From the IMG/VR virus record IMGVR_UViG_3300030044_000012: a DNA stretch of 64,000 nt. One strand, written 5' to 3'. Of the stretch, positions 40,984-51,218 are shown in pieces. Origin of the DNA: an uncultured virus (IMG/VR IMGVR_UViG_3300030044_000012). Taxonomy: Duplodnaviria; Heunggongvirae; Uroviricota; Caudoviricetes. Numbering within the stretch: the stretch's first letter is position 1; each line of letters starts with the position of its first letter. The notes beneath the pieces were generated by a model. That model did not search any database and was not told the origin of the DNA. It saw nothing but the letters and a program-made list of their open reading frames with translations. The translations under genes and the position numbers were made by a program.

Positions 40984-41071
40984 TGGCGGAGTCGGAGAGA
41001 TTCGAACTCTCGATACCTTTCGGTATGCACGTTTTCCAAACGTGTGACATAGACCACTCGACCACGACTCC
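40984..41071 (-). tRNA. tRNA-Ser(GGA)
   Basis: Loop TT-GGA-AA, V-arm ATACC-GAAA-GGTAT, G73. Confidence 0.92.
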
Positions 41072-41075
41072 GTGT

Positions 41076-41107
41076 AAAACAAAAAAGCCACCCGATTTGG
41101 GTGGCTT
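41076..41107 (-). terminator. attenuator terminator 2
   Basis: AAGCCACCC-AAATC-GGGTGGCTT plus TTTTGTTTT, 4 nt before tRNA-Ser. Confidence 0.88.
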
Positions 41108-41130
41108 CTGGAAACTTGTTGAAGACTTGT

Positions 41131-41223
41131 TCAATCCCAAGTATCAACACTTCCGCCACCACCGCGTCCAGTTGAACTGGACGAGCTAGATGAGGAGGTC
41201 GATATGGATAACGTGTTCTTCAT
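41131..41223 (-). CDS. attenuator leader peptide 2 (MKNTLSISTSSSSSSSSTGRGGGGSVDTWD)
   Basis: Eight consecutive Ser codons using all six synonyms, plus TTA and ATA. The 3' half forms the antiterminator. Confidence 0.85.
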   Translation of the reverse strand: MKNTLSISTSSSSSSSSTGRGGGGSVDTWD

Positions 41224-41966
41224 GACTGTATACATAATACGCCGAAAGTTGAGAAACCTGCAAACTATTTTTGAATTTTTTCGTGCCAGTCTTCTGGGTA
41301 GGGTGTAAGCTCTCCATTTTCAATAACTTGCTCGTACAAACTTCTCGCTTGATAATTCGTATAACTTACCGTGGAGTCCTTTCTACCCTTGCCCCCATGT
41401 CCCATATGGATTTTTTCGCACCATCTACATAGATAGAACTCCATCTTGTCACGGTGCCGGTGTGGGATGTCTTCGAGTGTGAGAGCACGGGCGTATGCCT
41501 CGGCGACCGAAGAGTGACACAGCTTACCAGCGTTGCCGTTGCCAATACACTCATGTCGATGAGCGTGTCCTCCGACCACCGCCACACGTGGAGAGGGAAC
41601 CGGCTTTCTGTTCACTGAAAAAGTGAAGCCGCAGCCGACGCAGACAACATATGCCCCCTTCTTCTCCGGGCTAACGATCCCGGCGCAAAGAGGACAGAAC
41701 TTGATGTCTTTCTTTTTGAGGTGGTCACCCATCTGATTTTGGGACGCACAGATGTTCAGCGATACGTTCAAGGGCGATGGCGATTCGCTCTTGCGTAGAA
41801 CTGCCTTGGGCAAGTTCGACTCTCTTTAACAGTCGTTGTGCAAGCCGCGTCTTTCCATCCCTAACCCCTCGGGCATACGTGTCTTCGTAGCTGTCTGGAA
41901 ACTCTGCTCCCACGGCCAGAATCGTATCACTAGCTACCAACCTTAGAAACTCTTCTTCAGCAGTAT

Positions 41967-42827
41967 TCATTGCTCTTCCTCCGCGTACATCTTCTCACCA
42001 CCGTAGTGGTGGTTCCAACCTAAGTACCGAGGTGGACGCTTAGGAAGTCCAGACTTCACATCATAGAAATCATGCAAAGTATGACTTCCGGACTCGGTGT
42101 AAAACTCCTGCGGCTTATCCGGGTCAACAACACCACTGCCCTCCTCTTCCGGCTTTGGAGCCAGCGAGTGAACCCACTCGACCATGCGATGCAACTGAGG
42201 CTGGTCAGATACGTGTGCTGCATAATCATCCTCGCCTCGGCGAGTAAGCACAGCGACCGGCTTACCATCAAACCATAGAGTAGCCAGCACCCACGATTCG
42301 TCAGAGTCCATGTTGACACGGACGATGTAACGGAACTGAATGCGACCTTCCTTCTCCACTTCAGCTTCAAACTTGTGATAACCACTTCCAAATCCCGCCT
42401 CATAGAGGTTGAGGTTGAAGGGCTCCTTCAACCAATAATTGAGCAGGTCGTACAGGACACTCTCTGTAGTCACCATGACCGGAGTCATTACGTAGAGTTG
42501 GTTGGGGGAGTAGATGGGGATATCCGCATCTTCTTTCATCTCTCGCAAGTATTGAGCGAAGTCATTCTCTGTGGCGACGAATTTGCATCGGCCACGCACC
42601 GGATGTGTGAAGGCTCCGCACCAAAACTCGTCAATGTGACTCCGCCCTTCTCCTTTGAAATGCATCTTGGCGAAGTCATAGGTGTCCAATTGCTCAAGAG
42701 CAAAAGTACGAGCGGTATCGAAGGCGTTGTCCCTTTGGGTGCCCTCATACTTCAGGCTGTTGAACGACTTGACCAGCGTGGCATCCGCATTGGAACTGCC
42801 TACGTAAACCTCTGCAATATATTCCAT
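41967..42827 (-). CDS. hypothetical protein
   Basis: 286-aa ORF with GAGG SD. Confidence 0.7.
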   Translation of the reverse strand: MEYIAEVYVGSSNADATLVKSFNSLKYEGTQRDNAFDTARTFALEQLDTYDFAKMHFKGEGRSHIDEFWCGAFTHPVRGRCKFVATENDFAQYLREMKEDADIPIYSPNQLYVMTPVMVTTESVLYDLLNYWLKEPFNLNLYEAGFGSGYHKFEAEVEKEGRIQFRYIVRVNMDSDESWVLATLWFDGKPVAVLTRRGEDDYAAHVSDQPQLHRMVEWVHSLAPKPEEEGSGVVDPDKPQEFYTESGSHTLHDFYDVKSGLPKRPPRYLGWNHHYGGEKMYAEEEQ

Positions 42828-44850
42828 GACTTCCTCTGCTTACATCGTTGGGCCGTGACCTACGACGAAACGCTGCTTCCTTCCGCATGATGGGCAAGTG
42901 TGCTCATAGATACCGGGTTGAGGGCACCAATGAGTTGGTGGGTTGTGCTCTGGGTCGCGACAAATTCGCGGCTCTTTCAGGTCATCTATTTTTCGTGTTG
43001 GCATATCTTACCTCGCGTCGTCTATGCGGCAATTCCAGCAAATGCTGTACTCGTGCTTGCCGTATGTGTTCTTGAGCATCTGAATTTCATCATCCTCGAT
43101 AGGTTTTCCGCAGTCTGTGCAGTGAATCTTGGAACGGTCTTCAATGTCAGCCAAGAACGCCTTGGCATCGGCATCGCCTTGCTCTTTCAACCACATTAGA
43201 GTGCGCTCACAGAGAGCATCCATACCCATACGGATATGATGGTCATGATGTCCGATAAGGTCGAGCATTCTTGCCGCTCTGAGCATCTGACTGGTAGATT
43301 CAATGATAAGTTGTTGAGCCTCTGAAGCCCCAGACAAGAGCTTCGCGTTGGCTTCTCCGGTGTAGACAGACTCCACCAATTCACCATCACTGCCATGAAT
43401 CAGAAAAGCTGCATCAAATTGACTCAGCGTCCACGGTCCGGGTGTAGATTTTTGGTCTGCCATACTCACCGCCTAAACACTGGGATTTTCTCAACTCGGT
43501 CCTGAGTATCGAACGTGTATTCCACGTCACCACACTCGGAGCACACTCGTTTCCAGCGTGCCCTCTCGTGTTTTGGTACATAGCACGGGCCACGAAAGTC
43601 CACACCCATCGTACCGGGAGGGTCGCCGGGGTCGGTGTAGGCCGGTGTTACGATGGGGTCATACACAACAGCACTCCACTTATGCCGACAATCCCGCCTG
43701 AGAGCTTTCAGCTTCAACTGAAGCCCCTCAGCCTTCTGACTGGCTGTACAGAACTCATCCTCTATCCTGCGAATGTCAGGGTTCATTTGATTTCACTGTG
43801 CCGGGATATCGCTCCCGGCTGGCGGTTTGGCAGGACAGATTCAACGCCTCCATCTTGTACCAGCCTCTTAAGCGACTGGCGGATGTTCAATCGGCTCCGC
43901 TGCTTCTCCTGCGGCCTTGCGGCGGGTTACCGGGCACCCACACCCGGCGATAAGCGTTTACGTTCGACATGCTCTCGTGTTGCCATGATACTGTGCAGCA
44001 GCGTTTCAAATGGCTTTAGTGTTTCCAGTTCTTTCGTCGCCCAAGCTTCACCCGCTTCATCACTGCAATGATGGAGGAAGCCGGTACGAGCCGTCAGTTT
44101 GCGGTGGATGTTGAGCAGTCGTGGTGTGCTCATCTTCCTGAGTTGTTCCTCAGGAAGAAGCTTAATCAGATGCCCTCGGGCTCCTAATGCCTTACTCATC
44201 AGATTATCCTCCTTTACGATTTTCATATTTTGAGAACCTTCATGCGTTGACTCCATGACACTGACATTCACACGCAAGGCTAGTGCAACCCTTATGCCGC
44301 TTAGCAGTGCAGTTACCCGAGACCCAGCCGGGTAGGTGAACCCCCCGTGCTCGACCTTGCACATGGCTGTTTGGCGTCGGCTCATGTAGCAGAACCGGAC
44401 GTTTACCGTGTCTCAACGATATGTAAACCCTACGAGCACGACCACTCATGTTTACACTTAAAGTTTCATGCAAGCATCAGAAGAAGTTCTTCCGCCCCGA
44501 ATACCTTGTGTTCGCCGCAATCTTCACACTCATAGTTCCGGGCGTCAGGCTCAACTCCATCTGTCTCTGCCCCACAGGCAATGCAGAAGCCAGCATTGTC
44601 TCCAGCCTCGACTGCTTCCATCACTTGCTCAATGGTGACCTTCACTTTGTTCGTTGCCATCACTGTTTCTCCAATGTGTACTTAAGCCAGACACCCGCCA
44701 ACCAATCGGAAAACCAACCCAAGTCACGGTCTCCAATACAGTCTTCGATGAAATCAATGAAAACCACAATTACCCATTGGTAAAAGGGCAACTCGATCAC
44801 TTTGCAGGGACGCAACAAATACCGCATCTAACCCCCTTTGTTCGGTCTCA

Positions 44851-47028
44851 TTAGACTTCCTCCACCGCAACACTAGTGTTTACCATCCCCATACCAGCAG
44901 CGTCCAGCGTGGCAATGAGCCAGTCCTTACCAACCTTCTGAGTCTTGGCTCCTTTGGCAACCAAGTCATCAAACTTGCTCAACTTGGTGGCTCCAGCATC
45001 ATCCCCCACAATCAGATAAGTCAGCTTCGCCGAGACTCCCGACTTTGCTACCCCACCGAGACTCTCCAGTTTAGCCGTCAACTTCTCACGGTCTTCATCG
45101 AAGGTGCCTGTAATGAGGAAGGTTGTTCCGGCGAGGGGCTGTCCCACGCCGTCTGCAAGCTTCGTGACCGTAGGCTTGGGACGAACGCCAGCATTGAACA
45201 AGGTCAGGCACATATCACGGTTCACCGGGTCAAGCGACCAATTCTTGAGGATGTCACTCTTGACATCGCCCAAGCTGTCAATGTTCCGGCCAGTGGCGGC
45301 TTCCATTTTCGCACAAAGGTTGGGCATGTCGTCGGCTTCAAGCTTTAACTCCTTCGCCAACAACTTACCGAGAGTGCGGCCAACCATAGGAATGCCAAGG
45401 GCAGCAATCCACTTATCCCATGGTGCCGTCTTCGCGTTCTCGATGGACTTAAGCATACGCAGGATGAGTACACTGAAGCCCTGCTTTGCCATGCGAGTCG
45501 CAAACTCATCTTCACCCTGTGCATCGCCATACTTCGCCTTCAACTTGCGAAGGTTTTCAAGGGCGTCAACTTGGAACTGGAATAACTCGCCAAGGTTCCG
45601 AGCATACTGATTCTTCACCAGCTTTGACGCCATGTCGTCGGCCAGACCGTCGATTTCAAGAATGTCGCGACCACCAATGTAGCTCAAGGTTTTCGCTATG
45701 CGACCGGGGCACCCCGCTGCATTTTCACAGGAACGGCTTGTGATACCACTGCTCTTGTCCGTCCACACCACGATGATGGAACCACACTCAGGACACTCTG
45801 TGGGCGGCACAATCGGGTCGCCTGTGTCATCCAACACCTTCACAATTTGGGGGATGACATCGCCAGAGCGAAGCATCTCAACCTTGGCTCCAATGGTTAG
45901 CCCCATGGTGGCAATCCAAGTCTCGTTGTTAAGCGTTGCACGAGTCACTGAGGCTCCGGCAAGGAAAACCGGGTCACACGTCGCCACGGGCGTCAGAGCG
46001 CCTTGACGACCTACCTGCCATGTGATGGAGCGAAGGTAAGTGGTGCCGGTTGCCGACTGCGGCTTGAAGCAGGTCATCCAGTTGGTGAATTTCGAAGCCA
46101 CACCGAGTTCCCTGCGGAGCTTGTGAGAGTCAACCTTGATAACCACGCCATCAGCCCTGATTTCAGACTTCGCATTCAAGGCCAAAATGTCGTCAATCGC
46201 TTTCACTACGCCGTCTGAACTGGTAACGAGAATGCCCTCGTACTTAGAGAATCCAGCCCTTTCTAGTAGCTGCATACGCTCGTAGTTGGAGTCAGGGAGA
46301 GCAGCATCGTTTGAAGGGGAATACACATCCCACGGCATGAGAAGAATTTCACGCGAAGCAACCACAGCGAGGTCTTTCTGTTTTAGAGTTCCCGCCGTGA
46401 GATTGCGAGTGGAGGCGTATGTCTTGAGCCCCTTGGCTGTTGCGTCAGCGTTGATGCGGTCAAGTTCACCGTCACGCATGACAAGTTCACCCCGGATGTT
46501 AATGTCGGGTGCCACATCCAGAAGAGGAGCGTGAACGAGGAACTGAGGGACACTCTTGAGAGCCTTGACCTGTGCGGTCTGGTCTTCCCCCTCGTCGCCT
46601 TTGCCCCGAGTCAGGGAGAACGTCAATGAACCATTGAGATAACGGTTTTCATTTGAAGTTCCATCCCGCTTGGGCTCCACGCATACTGCGGTGCCCGTGG
46701 GAAGGGTGAGATACCACGCCACCACATCTTCACGTTTGTACTGGTTCTCGATGGAGAGCATGGGACGAATGTGCTTGACGCGACCTGTGCCGTTGCGACC
46801 ATCAACTACAGCTACGGTAGTAGTGACGGCTGTATCACTGCCGACTTCAGTCAACGCCGGAGCGAACTCAGTCAGTGAGGGGTTCGCATCAATGATACCC
46901 CGAAGTTGAGCCTCCAAAATATCGTACTCGGCATCGGTGATAATCGGCTCAGCCAGAATGTAGTAGGCGTGTTGAGCCGCTTTCAGTCGCCCATTCATTT
47001 CGCGAACTACAGTTTCAAGAATTCCCAT
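44851..47028 (-). CDS. ligA: NAD-dependent DNA ligase
   Basis: YY....P.I.DAEYD, H..PMLS, EPKRDG (KxDG), RGE, DGVVIK, Zn finger, HhH and BRCT. Confidence 0.95.
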   Translation of the reverse strand: MGILETVVREMNGRLKAAQHAYYILAEPIITDAEYDILEAQLRGIIDANPSLTEFAPALTEVGSDTAVTTTVAVVDGRNGTGRVKHIRPMLSIENQYKREDVVAWYLTLPTGTAVCVEPKRDGTSNENRYLNGSLTFSLTRGKGDEGEDQTAQVKALKSVPQFLVHAPLLDVAPDINIRGELVMRDGELDRINADATAKGLKTYASTRNLTAGTLKQKDLAVVASREILLMPWDVYSPSNDAALPDSNYERMQLLERAGFSKYEGILVTSSDGVVKAIDDILALNAKSEIRADGVVIKVDSHKLRRELGVASKFTNWMTCFKPQSATGTTYLRSITWQVGRQGALTPVATCDPVFLAGASVTRATLNNETWIATMGLTIGAKVEMLRSGDVIPQIVKVLDDTGDPIVPPTECPECGSIIVVWTDKSSGITSRSCENAAGCPGRIAKTLSYIGGRDILEIDGLADDMASKLVKNQYARNLGELFQFQVDALENLRKLKAKYGDAQGEDEFATRMAKQGFSVLILRMLKSIENAKTAPWDKWIAALGIPMVGRTLGKLLAKELKLEADDMPNLCAKMEAATGRNIDSLGDVKSDILKNWSLDPVNRDMCLTLFNAGVRPKPTVTKLADGVGQPLAGTTFLITGTFDEDREKLTAKLESLGGVAKSGVSAKLTYLIVGDDAGATKLSKFDDLVAKGAKTQKVGKDWLIATLDAAGMGMVNTSVAVEEV

Positions 47029-47061
47029 ACTCGTAGTATACCTCGTACCTGACGGGTTTGG
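47029..47061 (-). promoter_or_regulatory. phage promoter CCAAA-N14-GG-TATACT
   Basis: Exact spacing, 6 nt before the ligA ATG. Confidence 0.75.
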
Positions 47062-47077
47062 ACACGTTTTTGGGAAT

Positions 47078-47509
47078 TTATTCTGTCATCGGCCTTTGAA
47101 CGGCGTTCTCAGCCCCCGGAATCCTCGGCTTGGGGCTGACGCCATCCCACACGAACCGGCCACTCTCAAACCCGATGCCCAGCCGCAGCAACATAGAGTC
47201 TCCACTGAGGAACCCCCATAGATGGTACTGGTTGGAGCTATCCACCAATAGACTATCCTTTGGATAGACCTCAACCATCTCAGCCTCAAGTCCGACAATC
47301 TCGTTCTTGATACGCTGGAACTCCCGCCAATCGTGCTTGGACGAGCGGTCGTTGTTCCGGATGGAAAGATGGAACACGTCGGGGTTGCCATTTTTCCCTT
47401 CGTACTTGCGAAGAATGACGTGGTAACGATTGTTGTGATAGAGCACGCCGCTGCCATCAGGCATGGCTTGCTGCTCGAACGTGCTCCACGGTTTCTTAAA
47501 CTTGGACAT
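47078..47509 (-). CDS. conserved hypothetical protein
   Basis: HLSIR...DWREFQRIKNE..G.E...VEVYP....LVD..N.YHLW motif. Confidence 0.75.
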   Translation of the reverse strand: MSKFKKPWSTFEQQAMPDGSGVLYHNNRYHVILRKYEGKNGNPDVFHLSIRNNDRSSKHDWREFQRIKNEIVGLEAEMVEVYPKDSLLVDSSNQYHLWGFLSGDSMLLRLGIGFESGRFVWDGVSPKPRIPGAENAVQRPMTE

Positions 47510-47743
47510 GAACTCGCTCTAATATTTCGTGGAGTGCATGGAACACTTCCAACTCGGTCATGGCATGTTGCACCGGGTTGGTCTCATCATTCCAGTACAG
47601 CGAGAAGCGGGTGCTCGGTGTACGACCGGCCACATCGTATAGGCTCAGCACACGACCGTTAATAACGAAGTCTGTAATTGGACGCAGCACTTCGTTTGCA
47701 TGTGGATACACCCCCCAAGGGTAGTCTGCTCTCGTAAACTTCA

Positions 47744-48679
47744 TCATCTCACCGCCTTAAAGATTGTTCGCCCAAAAGGTTTCAAGGGCTTAGCGTCCGG
47801 GCCTTTGACGTAAGCTTCGATAAATATCCACTTGTAGTCGCCGAGGGTCTGGTAAGGTTGAAGCCGCCAGTGACCACGCACAACCCATTGCCACTGCCAG
47901 TCCACAAGTCGGCTTATGCCTTCTGACTGCCGCTCCTGCTCCATACGTCGAAGACTGACTATCCGTAACTCCGGGTTGAGCAGCAAATTCTTACGCATTG
48001 CCATACTGCGAACCAGACTGCTGGTCTTCTCCTTGGACATTGAAGTCAACCGCTGGTTCATCATGTGCAGAGCCGTGAACACCCAACGTATCTCGTGGTT
48101 GAGTTCCATGTGCCGACCGGCAACATAGGTACCCTCATCCTTGAAGGTACGCTCAAACAAATGGAGACGTTCCAGAACCCTGTCTCCGGTTCTAATAACG
48201 AAGTGTGACCATGGCATGAACCCTTCACCCCCATAGTCGGCCCCGTTCTGGTAGCACATGAAGTAGTACCCACCAGTGGAGGTCTTCGCCCACGATACAG
48301 CAGTGATTCGCATCTTGCCCCTCATCCGCTCTTGCATCGACCTCAGGGCGTAAGAGTCATTGCCCCAATGAGCCGAATCGAGCACGGGGTCGGGCACCTT
48401 AAATGGTTCTTCAAGGAACAAGAAACCAACCGGCGTGAACATCCAATCCTCTTCGAATGCCAACTCATCTGGAACTGAGATACGAGCGTAGTCCACCAAG
48501 TCGCAGAAATTGCGATTCATGAAAATTGTCTCTGCGTTTTGAAGGACCGCCGTGTAGCTGACAAAGGCATCTTGAAAGTTTTTATCAGCGTACATCACTC
48601 GCGGGGAGGGTTGATGTCGTCGTCCCCACTCGTACCAGTGAGCCTGAGTCTCCAAGGCTTTGATGTAGGAGACCCTCAT
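47744..48679 (-). CDS. conserved phage protein
   Basis: C-terminal W.VRGHWR.Q.Y...I..YVKGP motif. Confidence 0.75.
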   Translation of the reverse strand: MRVSYIKALETQAHWYEWGRRHQPSPRVMYADKNFQDAFVSYTAVLQNAETIFMNRNFCDLVDYARISVPDELAFEEDWMFTPVGFLFLEEPFKVPDPVLDSAHWGNDSYALRSMQERMRGKMRITAVSWAKTSTGGYYFMCYQNGADYGGEGFMPWSHFVIRTGDRVLERLHLFERTFKDEGTYVAGRHMELNHEIRWVFTALHMMNQRLTSMSKEKTSSLVRSMAMRKNLLLNPELRIVSLRRMEQERQSEGISRLVDWQWQWVVRGHWRLQPYQTLGDYKWIFIEAYVKGPDAKPLKPFGRTIFKAVR

Positions 48680-49571
48680 GACTCAATACACCTCAGCTTT
48701 TTTAGCTTTTTCAGCTTCCAGCTTCTGCATCTGCTGGTTGTCAATGAGCCCCGGTTTGACACCTGATTCCCAAAGCTGCTCGGCGTCCTTGAGAGGAAGG
48801 AGCATCATGCCCCCAGACACATTGCGGACGTGAACACCACGCGGCTCACCTTCCAGATACTGCTGTATTTCCTCGATGCTCAGCCTGAGGATGGAAGGCC
48901 GGAAAGAGATGGCGTTGATACAAGCCGACATGGATGCTTCATAGCTGCGACGATGAGCCCGGTTGTACGAGTCTTCAAAGTAGTGAAGCCCTTCCGCCAG
49001 CGTCTCGAAGCCATGGATGCTGTACCTCTGTTGCCCATGCGCTTTGGTCAGCATCAATCCAGTGATGCCTTGTGCCTGTACTAGGCAAACGTATGCATTA
49101 TCCACAGAACACCTCCGATACTGCTTCTTCACTTCCACAAACACACATCTCAGACTCCTTTACCGCATAGCGTTGAATAAGGAAAAACCCTCCACCGTAA
49201 CAGCAGCTACAACCGCAATGTGACCGTGTATGGTGCGGAAGAACGTCGTTGCCAACAAGGTTTGCTCCACCACTCCCAACATATCTCCGGCGTGATGGCA
49301 CCTCATCACAGTGTTAAAACGTTCCCTAATGACACAAGCAAGAGAAGGCCAATTCAACATGCGACTGCCCGGTAGTTTATGCAGTAGCTGTTCCTGCTCA
49401 TGGAAGAAGTCAGCAATCAACTTCCCCTCTTCGGTGAGTGGAAATATCTCGTCGTTAAAGTTGCCGTAACTGCGGAAGAACTCACTGACAAGGCCAAAGA
49501 CACGACCCTTCGTCATATCAGTGATGGTCTTCTCCTCATACTCGTGGAGGACTTTGTCTCCAACTTTCCAC

Positions 49572-50525
49572 TTAAATTCCTGCTGCGTGACTGTGAGCAT
49601 TTTCATTCTCCAAGACTGAAGTCGAGAACACCGACTCACCCTGCTGCTCCCCGGCGAGGAGGTTGTTGAGGTAGATGGTCTGAACGTCAATGAATTTTTG
49701 CAAGCAGGTACGGCACCTACGACGCCGCTGAGCGAACCTGTCTTTTTTATCTCCCCGTTCGATATGGGGCCGACGCAGCCCTTGGTACCGATAAGCAAAC
49801 TTGCAAGTAAGGGGTGTGGTAGTTTTCAACAGATTCTTCGCCCATTGCAGTTGTTTACGAATGCGAACGATTGTATTCCGCGTTGCCCTATGCTCACGAT
49901 GAAACTTCTCCTGAGTTTCCTTGCGCTTGGGGTGGCACTTATCACAGTAACGATGGCGATTGGGGATTTGAATGTCCTCTTTGCACAGAGCGCAAGGCTT
50001 CACAGACCGCTTCTTTAGGCACTCATCACAAATGCGCTTGTAGCGGTCTACCTCGTTCTTACCACAATCATGGCAAAGCCGGTCAGGCTGTTCAGACTTG
50101 TGGCTGCTATACCACTTATTGCGGTCTTCCGGCGTTATAAAAACGTAACTGATTTTTTCAGGGATGGGAGCAACACTTGTTAAATCCTGAATCTCGACCG
50201 CACCCCGCTTCTGCAAGGACCGCGCTGTCGCCTGCTTGTAAGGAGGTTTGAGTTCAAGCCAATCGGCCTCATTCAGGGCTTGCAAAAGTTCTTTCTGAGC
50301 AGAAGTCCATGGAGTCGTCGCTTGTTGACCATGAATCAGTCGAACCAAAAAAGAGCCGGAGGTCACAGGTTTGTAGCCACTGCGTACCACCAAATCGTCG
50401 TCTCCCTTCTTGATAACTATGGCCTGTGCATCTTCGACTGATTTAGCTTCGATATCTACCATGTACCGAGGGGCACGGCCAGCCACGATTTCAGACTTTC
50501 GATAAAACGAGACGCGATATTTCAT
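49572..50525 (-). CDS. hypothetical Zn-finger protein
   Basis: Multiple CxxC pairs. Confidence 0.65.
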   Translation of the reverse strand: MKYRVSFYRKSEIVAGRAPRYMVDIEAKSVEDAQAIVIKKGDDDLVVRSGYKPVTSGSFLVRLIHGQQATTPWTSAQKELLQALNEADWLELKPPYKQATARSLQKRGAVEIQDLTSVAPIPEKISYVFITPEDRNKWYSSHKSEQPDRLCHDCGKNEVDRYKRICDECLKKRSVKPCALCKEDIQIPNRHRYCDKCHPKRKETQEKFHREHRATRNTIVRIRKQLQWAKNLLKTTTPLTCKFAYRYQGLRRPHIERGDKKDRFAQRRRRCRTCLQKFIDVQTIYLNNLLAGEQQGESVFSTSVLENENAHSHAAGI

Positions 50526-50528
50526 GGG

Positions 50529-51095
50529 TTACTTCTCCAGTAAAAACCAAAAATCGGCAGCATCGAGACGGGCAAGAGCCCTCTCATACCGCCGCTTGAT
50601 GGACTGCTCAAAGGTCTTGTTGTACCGGGCGAGGAGGTCACGGGCAAAGTTCAAGTGTTGAGACTGGTCTTCCCCTACAATTACCTCATCGTATCCAGCG
50701 ATAGGTAGCACATGAATGCGACCCAAGTTGTGGTGGATGTCAAGGATTTTCAATAGTCGAGAGCCGGTGTCTTCGTTGGCTCGGGCAATGAAGTCCATAT
50801 ATACTTCACCCTTCCTGCGTGTCACCCCATCAACCATCCGATGAACATTTTCACCGAATTCAGCTAGGATGTAGGAAAGGGGGTACTTCTCAGGATGGTC
50901 CTCAGGTACGTCATGAAGAACCGCAGCGGCCATGAACTCTTCAAGAGACACGCCCGGAACTGGTTTGACGTTGTATGCCCTCTCCGCTGCAAACATCACA
51001 GCGAGAGGGTGTAGGACGTACGGTCGTCCAGCCTTGTCCACTTGACCCGTGTGGGCTTCGACAGCTAACCGGATTGCTTTCTCTAGCAGGTTCAT
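50529..51095 (-). CDS. HD-domain hydrolase (RelA/SpoT-HD-like) with a 30-aa TrpRS-derived insert
   Basis: AH.GQVDKAG.PYVLHP, AAVLHDV.ED and K..D..HN motifs. Start MNLLEK follows the promoter motif. Confidence 0.85.
   Translation of the reverse strand: MNLLEKAIRLAVEAHTGQVDKAGRPYVLHPLAVMFAAERAYNVKPVPGVSLEEFMAAAVLHDVPEDHPEKYPLSYILAEFGENVHRMVDGVTRRKGEVYMDFIARANEDTGSRLLKILDIHHNLGRIHVLPIAGYDEVIVGEDQSQHLNFARDLLARYNKTFEQSIKRRYERALARLDAADFWFLLEK
50609..50699. repeat. 91-bp copy of trpS segment 12545-12635
   Basis: 88 of 91 bases identical by direct comparison. Confidence 0.92.
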
Positions 51096-51129
51096 CACCC
51101 ATAGTATACCCAAAACCACCTGTATTTGG
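51096..51129 (-). promoter_or_regulatory. phage promoter CCAAA-N14-GG-TATACT
   Basis: Exact spacing, 7 nt before the ATG. Confidence 0.72.
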
Positions 51130-51218
51130 CTATCAAATTTGGGGTGAATTTTTAAGTCATTTATTTTCAACGTATAGGAGAGTTGACTTTTAGATAGGGC
51201 TTAATTAAATTAGTAAAT

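Noticed and set aside
13866..41071. Theta (HDV-like) ribozymes after tRNA 3' ends
   Set aside because: Most tRNAs encode CCA followed by A-rich spacers, and I recognised no HDV fold by eye.
12545..50699. DGR template/variable pair for the 91-bp repeat
   Set aside because: The differences are not adenine-specific and there is no reverse transcriptase in the window.
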